From: an uncultured virus (IMG/VR IMGVR_UViG_3300028840_007129)
Lineage: Duplodnaviria; Heunggongvirae; Uroviricota; Caudoviricetes
IMG/VR virus record: IMGVR_UViG_3300028840_007129
Direction: 5' to 3' (one strand)
DNA length: 64,000 nt
Below the pieces are notes generated by a model. That model made no database searches. It was not told where the DNA came from and saw only the letters and a list, made by a program, of their open reading frames with translations. Position 1 is the stretch's first letter; each line of letters begins with the position of its first letter. Made by a program: the position numbers and the translations under genes. Below, piece after piece: positions 8,642-18,845 of this stretch.

Positions 8642-9475
8642 TCAAGGGAGCCTTTCCTCTCCCCGATTCTGATTCATGTGGCGTTCTCTCACCTCACCGA
8701 GTAGGACACCCGAACGGTCAAGAACTTTGTCGCAGAGATTAGCTACTGAAAGGCTATCAGTATGGTACATCTCAGAAAGCCGGTCTATTAACTTATTTCT
8801 AGAAATCACATAATTTTCTTCCGTCATTGAATACCCCACGCATAAGTTTCACTTATTTCAAAACCCAATAAATATATCCGAATCCGCCCTCATACTTATA
8901 TGCCGCTTTACCAATTTCTTTCTTCTCCACGAGCCCCATAAGTCGCGCTTCAACAACTTCAATGTCTATGCTATCGAAGTGCCCTATAACCTCATCATGA
9001 GATCTGTACCCCTTGCTCAGAATGAACTTTAAAAGTTCCGCCTGTGTCATATTGGGGCCTCTTCGTGTACGATAACTTCTTAAATACACTTTTACGGCAA
9101 GTTTACCTGATTATCTCTGATATCGATTACTCTTCTATTGAGAAACCTGAATAATTCTAATTCAGCACTATTACCTATTTCCTCAAGACGCTGTCCTGCC
9201 ATTCTTGAATCCAACATCAATCGTAGACGTATGTTTGAGACCTCTAAGGCAGAAATGCCTATGGTATCTATCGTTTTTGCATCCTTAATACTCAACTGCC
9301 GCACAAACCCCTTAATCTTTCGGGGATTGTCGAGAACGGGGATGAGGTATGGTACTATGGCAGTAGAGTCTCCATTGATACCTATTCCTGCCTCTTCAAG
9401 ACATACAGAGAGCAATTCCATACGTTGCTCTGGGGTCGGATCATGAATAAGTACCTCATCTGACATAGCTATCAA
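8642..9475 (-). CDS. Three small hypothetical genes (8642-8839, 8853-9089, 9092-9475)
   Basis: Contiguous co-oriented ORFs. Confidence 0.55.
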
Positions 9476-10172
9476 TTATCTCCTGATTGAAATCCTGTAA
9501 GCACCGTTCTGATAATTTGATGAGCTTATAAACAAAAGCTGATCTTATCTCTTCTATTCCCTGGATCCTTTTAGTAGGATATCTTTTTAGAAAATCCAAT
9601 ATATCCAGAACCAGAACCATCACATCCTCGTCACCGACGAAATCGAGATCCATAAACTTTTGGAGTGACACTTTCAGGCTTTTCATGCTCGGCCCCTTGA
9701 AGGTTAGACTACCTTCAATGTGTCTGAGCATATTTTTGCAGTTCTTTTCTATATCACTCCTAAGTTGGAGCACGGCCGTCTCAATAAACTCCCTTATTAG
9801 GTTATCTGTCCGGTCACGCTCTTCCTCAAGGCCCGCGATATTAGGCGGAGGTGATACTGTAAAGACACTCCATCCGAGGCTGAAACGGGGTTTGTAATGA
9901 ATTAAATCTTTATTCTCCTTGAAGAATACATCAACTGCATCTATGTAATCCTGCCTGAACTCCTTAAGTTTACCAAGTACCCCCGGCAGCATCTTCTTAA
10001 GCACAAATCGTGAGGAACCTATAGGAAATAGAAAACTGTTATGGTCTAAGTGTCTCCTGGCTTTTCCTTCTATGGACCTGAACTTTGAAATATCCTCTGA
10101 GGGTGCCCCCAGCCAAAAACGAATATTTATATCAACAAGGACGCCGTGTTTGAATAAATTATTCCAGTTCAA
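9456..10172 (-). CDS. DUF3150-like protein, shortened paralog of 53694-54734
   Basis: NLFKHGVLVDINIRFWLGA...FRSIEGKARR...NSFLFPIGSSRFV aligns by eye with NIFLDGILCDVDVSFWSGA...FRHVESRARR...NSFPFPIGNARFI. Confidence 0.75.
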   Translation of the reverse strand: MNWNNLFKHGVLVDINIRFWLGAPSEDISKFRSIEGKARRHLDHNSFLFPIGSSRFVLKKMLPGVLGKLKEFRQDYIDAVDVFFKENKDLIHYKPRFSLGWSVFTVSPPPNIAGLEEERDRTDNLIREFIETAVLQLRSDIEKNCKNMLRHIEGSLTFKGPSMKSLKVSLQKFMDLDFVGDEDVMVLVLDILDFLKRYPTKRIQGIEEIRSAFVYKLIKLSERCLQDFNQEIIDSYVR

Positions 10173-10275
10173 TAGAAATCTCCAAGCCCAGAATGCGGTT
10201 TAACTGGTTAAATAATCTTGTTGCTGCCGTTCTGGGTATACCATTATGATAGCGGCGACTATCATAATTTTAAAG

Positions 10276-11263
10276 TTACCCTTTTTCTGGCTCCTTTCCT
10301 TCACTGACATTGTCTACTGAGACAGTGACGATATCCTCTCCTAACCTTATATCATAAGAGCACTTAGTGGTAAATGGCAGGAATGGAGCGCTGTTTTTAA
10401 TCCACTCCGCCGCCGCTATAATGTGCCCTACTGACTTCTTAGAGTGAATATGAATCTCCATTGAAAGCTCTTATCATTTCAAGTTTCTTGTCGTGAGGCA
10501 CTCTTCTAATCCATACGAGGGCCTTAACTGCATCTAACTTCTTCTCATGCCTTTGTACATAAACGATATCAGGAATGTTTGAGAGGTTATCCGAAATCCC
10601 CGCTTTGAATGTGGGATTATGAAGTCTAGTCCACTGATAAAGCTTCAGGTAAACATACCAGCCATCTATCACGCTCTTACATACGGCCCTTACACCATGA
10701 CCATACCCGGCAACATCAAGGTCATCCTTATAAAAGAGTATGGGTCTTATATGCTCACCATAGAGAATTACAAACTGCTTATAAGTTTCAAGGAGACCGT
10801 TTGCTATGATGAACCAAGAACCATCATGATGCTTAACCGTTGTAGGACCCTTTAAGTCATTGAGGACGGACCTACGACTATTCATATGGTTGATAGCACT
10901 GCGGTATGAATAATAGTGGCTCACCTAATCATGCCCCTATCTTAACTCAGCAGAAGGAAGAAACCTGTATTTTTTTGAAGACTAAGCCTCTCTATGACGG
11001 TGAAAGCTTTAGGATCTATCTCAAGAACGGCGTTCAGTGATCGAATCAAGTCCGATACTTTATTTTTCATATGTTCTCCGCTTATAAGACCTCATCTGTT
11101 TTACGGTGCGCCCGGCTTTAAAAGCTCTATGTGTCTCGATTATACCCCCCACCTTTTTTAGGGTCATCCCCTTCAGTTCCTGATATGAGTCGATAAGGCC
11201 CCTTTTGTTTATAGTATGGTCCCATAGGTATATGAATTTTTCCATTTCTGGTCTATTCATCAT
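10276..11263 (-). CDS. Small hypothetical genes (10276-10461, 10439-10924, 11060-11263)
   Basis: Co-oriented ORFs with no recognised motifs. Confidence 0.5.
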
Positions 11264-11469
11264 TTCAACTCACATAGATATCGTCCGGTGTACTTTAAAA
11301 ATGGCTGTTAAATATGGACAGCTTGAAGCGCCCGAACGAAACGGGAAAATCGTACAACGATGGAACGACTCGACCCATTTTTGACCTCTATTCCGGAAAT
11401 AATTCGCTCCATCGAGACATAATGTCGAACGATTGCAGACGGTCTCGATGCACGCCGACGTTGGAAATT

Positions 11470-12147
11470 TTAACGCAATGTCAGTATTCTCATAAACAGG
11501 TCGAAGGCTTCTTTCGAGTAACGGTCGAAAGTATCGGCTGTTGACCATATTGAAACATTAAAAGTAGATACGCACCCTATAACCTCTTCGAAATGACCGT
11601 CTGGAAACGGGTAGTCATCACCCGGTTGAAAAAGCATTGAGTTGGACTTCGTGATTCCAGTCTTTATATCATCGACAGTCACCGATTTGGCCTCAAAAGA
11701 ATCTATCGTTCGATACTCCGGTGTGTTGTCCTTGAATGTAGTTTTGGTCTTCTGGTCGATGCTGATCTTCCAGTCACTGTCGAGTGCATTGATAGTATTG
11801 ATGAAGAAGGGCGCGTTGTTCACTTTAAGAACCGTGTCGAGCCAGAGCATCGATTCCTTGTTGTTGTAGGTGACACCCACCCAAGAATCCGCTCGTCCGT
11901 TTCCATCATCTACGATACCATTCCTGAAGGCCACATAGATGTTTGGAGCGGGATAAGATGCGCCCTCTTTTAGAGACCCCACATTGAAAACAGGAAACAT
12001 TATCCAACGGTTAAGGGAAACAAAAAGGCGGATCTCCCCGAAAGTTTTGCGGCCAAAATAGTTTCCACAGAGGTCATTAACGTGATTAAATATCCTCTGC
12101 GTTGCCTTCAGTTCATCCTGAGTAAGCCGAGTCATAAATACCCCCAA
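11470..12147 (-). CDS. Hypothetical protein
   Basis: 225-aa ORF with globular-looking composition. Confidence 0.65.
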   Translation of the reverse strand: MGVFMTRLTQDELKATQRIFNHVNDLCGNYFGRKTFGEIRLFVSLNRWIMFPVFNVGSLKEGASYPAPNIYVAFRNGIVDDGNGRADSWVGVTYNNKESMLWLDTVLKVNNAPFFINTINALDSDWKISIDQKTKTTFKDNTPEYRTIDSFEAKSVTVDDIKTGITKSNSMLFQPGDDYPFPDGHFEEVIGCVSTFNVSIWSTADTFDRYSKEAFDLFMRILTLR

Positions 12148-12190
12148 AATTTGGATTCAAATGTATGGCACCAAATCTTAAAAAAGGAGT

Positions 12191-12613
12191 CTAAAGCTGA
12201 TACTGTGTCCTGAATGGATCCTTCATTCCCTCAGGGTCTAAACACCCGTCCTGGTCTGGAAATATTAACCTTAGAACAGGCCTTCTACTTTCAGTGGCCT
12301 CAATGAATGTAATAGGCCACGTCTCTATAATGTCGAAGTAGTATTCGTTGGAGCTGAATCTTTTACCATCCTTTATCAGGTAAACAAGATTGCCCAGGAT
12401 CTCTTGAGCGATATTACCATCAAGAGGGACACAAACCTGAAAGTCAGGATGGTCGAATGATATCGCAATACCATGGGTGTGAATGTTTATCCCATTTGGG
12501 ACTTGTTTGAAATCATCGAAGACAATATGGGAGTACCATCCGTACTCCTTCATCATATCCGAATGCCACTTATCCAGGTCGGTACCCTCTTCAGGCATCA
12601 TGTCTTCTTTCAT
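12191..12613 (-). CDS. DUF4262-like protein
   Basis: YGW..HIV, HTHGI...FDHPDF and LRLIFPDQDG motifs. Confidence 0.65.
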   Translation of the reverse strand: MKEDMMPEEGTDLDKWHSDMMKEYGWYSHIVFDDFKQVPNGINIHTHGIAISFDHPDFQVCVPLDGNIAQEILGNLVYLIKDGKRFSSNEYYFDIIETWPITFIEATESRRPVLRLIFPDQDGCLDPEGMKDPFRTQYQL

Positions 12614-12977
12614 TGAATGAGCCGCCCTTCTTCGTCTTCTATACTCCAGGCTCTTACTCCATTGCCCTTTCTCTCTTCTTCGATTAGATCATTGACGCAC
12701 TCAGTCAAATTTGGCTTTGTGCGAAGAACAGCCCCATCAGACTTGTCTGTTACGAATCTAAGAGTCATTACGCCTCCAAAATTAGTGCCTCATGTCTTCT
12801 CACTCCGTTTCTTGTCAGATAGCTCAGCCACTTCTTGAAGGCCCCGGCTGTATTTATGATCCTTCCAACCCATGTTGTAGCCAACCGTTAGGGCATACGA
12901 TACGAGGGCCTTAACATTAGGATCGCTGGCATCTATCTTCACATGATGCCTTTCCTGTGCATCAATCAAAACCCTGG

Positions 12978-13331
12978 TTACGACATCTTCATCAGACATG
13001 GTTTGATCCTTATACCCCCCGATTCGGAAACGATAAGACTGAGCCCCTTCTGTGTGGCGACACAGTAATCCACAATGGTGCTAAGGGTAATCTCGTTGTT
13101 TCTCATGTGCTCAATGTCATTGATTTCATCAACAGAGCACTTCAACTTCTTAGCCATATCCTCTGGAGATATACCCGCCTTACACCGCATGAGGAAGAGA
13201 GTCTTACTGACCTGCCTTTCAGATATATCTTTCCTTACCCTCTCGATAAGACTCTTATCAATACCAGTCCCCTTAAGGAGGTCAGTCACGTTCGAGAAAG
13301 TTTTAACCTTTTTGGGCATTAGTGCCTTCAC
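12978..13331 (-). CDS. XRE-family HTH regulator/antitoxin-like protein
   Basis: RCKAGISPEDMAKKLKCSVDEINDIE...ITLSTIVDY. Confidence 0.75.
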   Translation of the reverse strand: MKALMPKKVKTFSNVTDLLKGTGIDKSLIERVRKDISERQVSKTLFLMRCKAGISPEDMAKKLKCSVDEINDIEHMRNNEITLSTIVDYCVATQKGLSLIVSESGGIRIKPCLMKMS

Positions 13332-13944
13332 ATATTCGGCTATTCAAGGAAGAAGAGCTCGTGAACCATGAACACCTTCTCTTCAGGTTTTCTTTTATCT
13401 CTCCTACTACGGCCTTAGTACTCGGAAGCTTACCCCGTGCAACATCACCGCAGGCCAACCTTCCTTCGACGGGCGGAACAATCTTTATCAGCGGATAGTT
13501 CAAGGCATCCCGATAGGATTGCAGCTCCCGGATATTATCCTGGGTAATGGGATGCTCGTACATTTTATTGTTCATCGCGGGGAATACGATCAGGGGTTTA
13601 CCTGAGAAGGCCAGAATCATAGAAGTCAGAAGATTATCTGCCATGCCATATCTCATCTTGGAAATTGTATTGGCCGTGGCAGGACAGATTACGAGGAGGT
13701 CACCCCATTTGGCCAACTCGACATGTTTCACCGAGGGGTCACGGGGCATGGTCGCCCATTCGACACTATCATCATAGACGGGGTTATTGGAAAGGGTGGC
13801 CAGGGTAAGGGGTGTGATGAACTTCTTGGCGTTCTCGGTCATGATTACCTTGACCTCATGACCCTCATATCTGAGGGCACTGGTGATATCAGCAGCTTTG
13901 TATGCTGCAATACAACCGGTAACGCCAAGAAGTATGTTCGCCAT
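13303..13944 (-). CDS. coaC: Phosphopantothenoylcysteine decarboxylase (HFCD flavoprotein, CoaC domain only)
   Basis: ILLGVTGCIAAYKA, HVELAKW, PATANTISK, GMADNLLT, PAMN and LACGD motifs. Start reassigned to the ATG at 13944, coupled to the upstream TGA. Confidence 0.88.
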   Translation of the reverse strand: MANILLGVTGCIAAYKAADITSALRYEGHEVKVIMTENAKKFITPLTLATLSNNPVYDDSVEWATMPRDPSVKHVELAKWGDLLVICPATANTISKMRYGMADNLLTSMILAFSGKPLIVFPAMNNKMYEHPITQDNIRELQSYRDALNYPLIKIVPPVEGRLACGDVARGKLPSTKAVVGEIKENLKRRCSWFTSSSSLNSRICEGTNAQKG

Positions 13945-14360
13945 CAGGGTCTCCCATATCGCTTTACGATATCTGTTATATGTCCGTTCCAAAACGTAAG
14001 CTCTGCCATTCCGTCAGGGTCCGTTTTTCTTCCCGGACTTTTAAAGAGACCGAGAGCTTCAGCTAGAGGATAGAACCCGATGCCTGGGCGGAGTCCCTCT
14101 ATACTGACCACAACAGCCGATAGAATAAGACCCGTCTCCTTGAACTCTAACCGGCTGACCTGACCAGCAAGTATACCGGCACGGTCACCATCGGACTCCG
14201 TCTCAATGATGTATCCGAGTGGGGCCAGAATATCCCGGTAAGATATATAGGGGTTCCCCAATACCTTCCCGTTCACGAAGCGGCTGTTCTGATGCACCCA
14301 GCGGATGATGAGCTTACGGGTTTCCTCTATTTCTTTATCGGTAAAAGTGTTCGGAACCAT
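13944..14360 (-). CDS. Hypothetical protein, possibly winged-helix-like
   Basis: ISYRDI...LSAVVV...PGIGFY pattern; 138 aa. Confidence 0.6.
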   Translation of the reverse strand: MVPNTFTDKEIEETRKLIIRWVHQNSRFVNGKVLGNPYISYRDILAPLGYIIETESDGDRAGILAGQVSRLEFKETGLILSAVVVSIEGLRPGIGFYPLAEALGLFKSPGRKTDPDGMAELTFWNGHITDIVKRYGRP

Positions 14361-14387
14361 ACTTACCCCTTAGGGCGTGGGCCTATC

Positions 14388-15005
14388 TTAATCTTTTGTT
14401 AATATGCGCCGCTCTTTATCAGCGTAATGGTATAGCCTCGTTATCTCAGATCGATGGGGCCCTATACGGCCACTATAATAATCACTGATGCTTTTAATAG
14501 CTTTTTCCCTTTCAACTTCTGTGTTGTCATACATCCTTTTGAAATCATGACTCCTACCTGAAAGGTCTACGAATATTTCCTTGAAAGAAACACTCTTAAA
14601 GAAATCTTCGATGACCCTCATCTGTTGTGGGGTAGGTTCCTTTCTCATTTCAACGCCACCGCCCTCAGAGACAATTCTGACAGCACCAAAATCCATAAAT
14701 TTGTCTCTGACAAAAGAGCCCTCTTCTTTATAATTTTCAGGGTCCTGATACAGCTCTTCATCCTTAAAAATCTTTTTTATTACATCATGCGGCTCTCTTG
14801 CAACAGACCCGCCTGAAGACATATCAAGAAGAGTCCCATCAGGAAGAAGCCACCCTGAACTCTTAAAAGACTTTGTTATCCCGAACTCCTTCTTAGCCCT
14901 GTCAAAAATCTCAGAAGCTTTGAAAGATTTAATGACTCTGTCTTTTAAAGACATGGCTTTTTTGTTTAGAAGACCTATCGAGATGAGTTTTCGATAGTTC
15001 TTCAA
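14388..15005 (-). CDS. Hypothetical phage protein
   Basis: 205 aa containing FGITKSFKSSGWLLPDGTLLDMS, GAVRI and PTPQQ, a pattern recalled from large-phage proteins. Confidence 0.6.
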   Translation of the reverse strand: MKNYRKLISIGLLNKKAMSLKDRVIKSFKASEIFDRAKKEFGITKSFKSSGWLLPDGTLLDMSSGGSVAREPHDVIKKIFKDEELYQDPENYKEEGSFVRDKFMDFGAVRIVSEGGGVEMRKEPTPQQMRVIEDFFKSVSFKEIFVDLSGRSHDFKRMYDNTEVEREKAIKSISDYYSGRIGPHRSEITRLYHYADKERRILTKD

Positions 15006-15153
15006 GGGAACCTTTCCTTTCCCTAAATGTTGCGCCCCCGGTGTTTGAGCCTCAACATCATTGCTATATCAAAAGAATATTCTGCCCACACAGGGTGACC
15101 TGGTCCAAAGACCCGTGGTTAGCAATATGGACCACGTCTTCTGCCGGGTAGAT

Positions 15154-16114
15154 TTAATCGATACCCCGTGCTTTTGAGGGAAACTCTACAAACGTGTCTC
15201 CCTCTCTTTTCCATCTCCTGGTGTAAGAAGATGTCGTTTGATTCGGGTTCTCATGGAGATTTATGGTATCTATGCTGAAAGGATGAACCCAGAATCCATG
15301 GCTCTTATCCCCCATACACTCATAAACGGTGTTCCCATCCCTACTCACCGAACATTCCCGCAGTTACCGGTGACCTCTTTGGAATAATGTGACGTGTACC
15401 CCTTATAGGTCAGATAAACCTTGCGGACCATCTCAGTCACATTCGTCGGCTGCATCCCCTTTACTTCATGGTCCCTGGAGATGGTGAAGAACTTACCGCT
15501 GAGGTTTAACCCCACTTCCCCGCCATTAACGGGCAGCATGAGGGTCCCACCAACGTAGTAAGCCCCATAAGTCTTGTCGATAAGACCCCTGAGCTTGTCT
15601 TCCACGTCTATCCAGAAGCCGACTGTGGTCTTCATATTACCTCAACTTTGCCGGTAGGGCTCACGATTAGATACTGCCATCGGTCCTTAACCCAAAGCCC
15701 CCGTATGCTGAACCGGTCCTCACCCGTACCCTTGAGCTGGAACTCAAAGAGGAGCGTCTGGCATTCATCCCATCTCGTATAGAATGCCTTCCCGTACTGG
15801 TCTGTAGGCTCCTCATCAAAGAACACAAGGGCAGAATCCTCATCACTGGGATCTTCCCCTATGAAGACAGTATGCTTCTCAGAGTTGATGACCACCGTCT
15901 TCGCCATCTCCATACATATCTTTGAGCAGAAGTGCTCGAAATTTTCCACGTTTGGAAACCCGAACAGACTCATACTCATATCGGCAACACATATGGGGAT
16001 GGAAAGTTCCTTGAGTGCTTCAGAACCAATAGCAATGTAATCAGTGGTAGAAAGAGAAACATTTATTCCAGACATGGTATCACCCCATGACCTGTGCAGA
16101 GTAATTATCGGCAC
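15154..16114 (-). CDS. Three hypothetical genes (15154-15348, 15345-15635, 15632-16114)
   Basis: 4-nt overlapping stop/start junctions. Confidence 0.6.
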
Positions 16115-16997
16115 AGGAAATGAGCACCGATAACTTCGTCCATTCCGGTTGAAGATGACCCCTCACCCAGGTAGAAAACCCACCCTCAGCGTAGAACAGC
16201 GCATTGATTATGGAGGTACTCAGCACCACCCCATGCTTCATGCACTGGTGAATGGTCCAGGTTTCAGGATTGAGGTCCCCGAGTTTATTGTCGAACTTGA
16301 ACGACCGACCCTTACTGTCGCTGGCCTTCTCATCAGGAGTAAGCTGGCGGTACATTTTTATCTTGGAAAAGTCATGCAGGAATCCAGCAACAATAATATC
16401 GGAATCGGTAACTTCAGAGAAGTAGCTGCTCCGTATCCATTTCATATCCAGAGCCAGCTGGATAACCTCCGCAGTGTGCTTGGAAAGCCCTCCAGGGTCC
16501 TTGTGATGGCGGGAAGCTCCACCGGGCATGAACTCGAAGAGACTCTTCCATTCTTCATAAAGATTAAGGAGATTACACCTGGAAGGAAATTCAGCCTCAT
16601 CGATGTCCCACAGATAATGCTCTGTCTTCTTCTGGAAAGACCTAAGCTTTATGGAGTTCTCAATGGAAAGATATCCACCATTCTCTGTGACTCGAAGCTG
16701 AGATTTATCAGTGGAGAGCTCTATGGACTCACCGGTATCCATCTTGATGGAGCTCTTCTTGATACGATTATCCGGTGCATTGAAAGACCGCAATGCGTGG
16801 TTGGACCACCGGTGAACAGCAAGACCCACGAGAATGTCCAGCAATTCCGGAGTAGGAATGTCCAGTTCTTCCAGAAGTTTGCTGGTGTCAGTACCTAGAA
16901 CGTCAGTCCGACGCCATAACAAAAGATTGGACAGATGATTGATCAAACTGGCATCAGACTGACGAGCTAGGTATTCTTCAGGGGACCTTTTGCTCAT
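16080..16997 (-). CDS. HD-domain phosphohydrolase (YhaM/Cbf-like) with an N-terminal extension
   Basis: PGGASRHH..PGGL..HT, AGFLHDFSK and ISCADNYSA motifs. Confidence 0.8.
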   Translation of the reverse strand: MSKRSPEEYLARQSDASLINHLSNLLLWRRTDVLGTDTSKLLEELDIPTPELLDILVGLAVHRWSNHALRSFNAPDNRIKKSSIKMDTGESIELSTDKSQLRVTENGGYLSIENSIKLRSFQKKTEHYLWDIDEAEFPSRCNLLNLYEEWKSLFEFMPGGASRHHKDPGGLSKHTAEVIQLALDMKWIRSSYFSEVTDSDIIVAGFLHDFSKIKMYRQLTPDEKASDSKGRSFKFDNKLGDLNPETWTIHQCMKHGVVLSTSIINALFYAEGGFSTWVRGHLQPEWTKLSVLISCADNYSAQVMG

Positions 16998-17022
16998 GAC
17001 CGGTGGCCTCTCCTTGGACAGT

Positions 17023-17934
17023 CTACTTCTTGAAAATTTTCAGGTTGGATACACCATCCGTCATCTTGATGTTTGTTACATAGAACCCCTTGGTTACTTT
17101 ATTCCCAGAGTTGGTCAGCCCATCCCAGGTGTTCCCTTCAAGATTCCGTAAGAGATTACCCTGCATGTCGTAGATATATAGGTAAGCACTTGATGGAAGG
17201 CCCAGGAAAGTGACCGTACCATTGAGGTTCGGGTAATAGGAGATATGCGGCTTTACAGCGGCTGCGGGCAGGGATTTCGCCGTAACCGCTCTATGGAGTA
17301 TAAGACCAATTTTCAGCAAACTATAATAGGTCTTATTCTCATTCCAGTCTGAAACCGTAGTAAAGATTCTATATGTATATGAGGTGCCCCCCACTGTAAA
17401 ATGCCATTCATCCACACTATACGTAATTGAAAGCCGTTTGTAAGAATAGGAGTTGTAATAGCACGAGACCCCGTTGAGTGTGGCCAGCGTCTTATTCTCA
17501 TATATAGTTGCATCGTTGGATACTGCGACAGTTATACCGGCCACAGCGTGGTCGTAAGGTGTTCCTGCCAACCGATGGATACTTAGGTCCAAAAATGCAC
17601 CAAAAACTGAGGGGTCATTATAAATTTGTGTTATGCTATAAAAGGAAGCGTACTCATCTGTTGATTTCCAGTACCACCCCCCAGAGAAGATCATCCACTC
17701 AAAGTTATATGGCGGATAGGTAATCACTGCACTACCCACAGAGGTCATCACTTTCGGGAGCCCTTCAGGCTTGTCCGACAAGGGTACTTTCTGTACGTCG
17801 GCAGCAGTCTTGCTCAAGGTTGGATGTGATGATATCTTGGACATGATACTCTGTTGGACCGCGATCAGGTCATCAACTTCGGACGCAAAAACGGTACTGA
17901 AACATACAGCGATCAAAACAAACAGGTGCCTCAT
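17023..17934 (-). CDS. Exported protein with a C-terminal FlgD-Ig/T9SS-sorting-like domain
   Basis: Signal peptide MRHLFVLIAVCFSTVFA; C-terminus YPN...LYIYDMQGNLLR...WDGLTNSGNKVTKGFYV. Confidence 0.75.
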   Translation of the reverse strand: MRHLFVLIAVCFSTVFASEVDDLIAVQQSIMSKISSHPTLSKTAADVQKVPLSDKPEGLPKVMTSVGSAVITYPPYNFEWMIFSGGWYWKSTDEYASFYSITQIYNDPSVFGAFLDLSIHRLAGTPYDHAVAGITVAVSNDATIYENKTLATLNGVSCYYNSYSYKRLSITYSVDEWHFTVGGTSYTYRIFTTVSDWNENKTYYSLLKIGLILHRAVTAKSLPAAAVKPHISYYPNLNGTVTFLGLPSSAYLYIYDMQGNLLRNLEGNTWDGLTNSGNKVTKGFYVTNIKMTDGVSNLKIFKK

Positions 17935-17951
17935 AAAAACTCCTGAGTTAA

Positions 17952-18494
17952 TTAACGCGAAATAACCTTGCGTATCTTACGACGGATAATGGCGGTTTTC
18001 AGGGAAACGTTCTGGCTGCTTACCCCCATCTTCTCCGCAATTTCCTTCGCCTTATACCCCTTCACGACCAGGCGGAAAGTAGCCTTCTCAACATCGGTGA
18101 GCGTATCCTCTATGCACTTCTGAAAGTCACGTGCCTCAACCGTGCTGTCCACGGAACAAGAAGCATCGGGAATCCACTGGTGAACCTCGGAGAAACTGAT
18201 ATCCCGACGGCTCTTATCCTCATAACCACCACGAATACCATGACGGTTGTGGATGGCCTTGTTCAGGACATGACTAGCCCTACTACGAACCTGCATGGTA
18301 ATATAGGTGTTCAGGGCTGAACGGGAAGGGTCGAACTTCGACAGGATGTCGTTCTCGAAACACCGGATGAGAACCTCATGACGGAACTCATCCGGGTCCA
18401 TCTCGTGCTGCTTGTAGCAGACCGTGTCCAAAACGTGGTCGAAGGACTTCTTGTTCTCACTGTAGAACTCCCAGAAGTCCCCGCTTACCGGCAT
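17952..18494 (-). CDS. ECF/sigma70-family RNA polymerase sigma factor
   Basis: Region 2 (KFDPSRSALNTYI) and region 4 HTH (LTDVEKATF...GYKAKEIAEKMGVSSQNV). Probable start MPVSG at 18494. Confidence 0.8.
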   Translation of the reverse strand: MPVSGDFWEFYSENKKSFDHVLDTVCYKQHEMDPDEFRHEVLIRCFENDILSKFDPSRSALNTYITMQVRSRASHVLNKAIHNRHGIRGGYEDKSRRDISFSEVHQWIPDASCSVDSTVEARDFQKCIEDTLTDVEKATFRLVVKGYKAKEIAEKMGVSSQNVSLKTAIIRRKIRKVISR

Positions 18495-18507
18495 CACGAA
18501 CGATATG

Positions 18508-18783
18508 CTATTGAGTGATTTCTTCGATCTCTCGGCGGACTGAGTCAAGGTAGGGGTCATGCTTACTACCTCTCTTATCAGGTATCTCTTCCTGGGAAAT
18601 TTGCTTCTGACGACGCATAGGGGATGGCTGATTCATTGCCCGTGAGAAGGTACAAAGCGCATCCCCAAACCCCTCCATCCAACGTCCCAACTTACGAAGC
18701 CCCTTACTTACGGCCCACCATATTGCGAAGACTCCAATTAGAGCGAGTAGATACATAAGTATAATGGCTCCTATAAGATACAC
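18508..18783 (-). CDS. Small single-TM membrane protein upstream of the sigma factor
   Basis: Hydrophobic N-terminus (MYLLALIGVFAIWWAV); follows a promoter, so the true start is probably the internal ATG. Confidence 0.6.
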   Translation of the reverse strand: MYLIGAIILMYLLALIGVFAIWWAVSKGLRKLGRWMEGFGDALCTFSRAMNQPSPMRRQKQISQEEIPDKRGSKHDPYLDSVRREIEEITQ

Positions 18784-18803
18784 AATTCACGGGGTAATGT
18801 CAA
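18775..18803 (-). promoter_or_regulatory. Sigma70-type promoter
   Basis: TTGACA-17 nt-TATCTT with an AT-rich UP element. Confidence 0.7.
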
Positions 18804-18845
18804 TAATTATTTTTGAGTGCTCAAAAAGTTAGAGATAACAGAGAC

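Noticed and set aside
11270..11548. Possible IS remnant in short overlapping ORFs
   Set aside because: No terminal repeats or transposase motifs could be supported.
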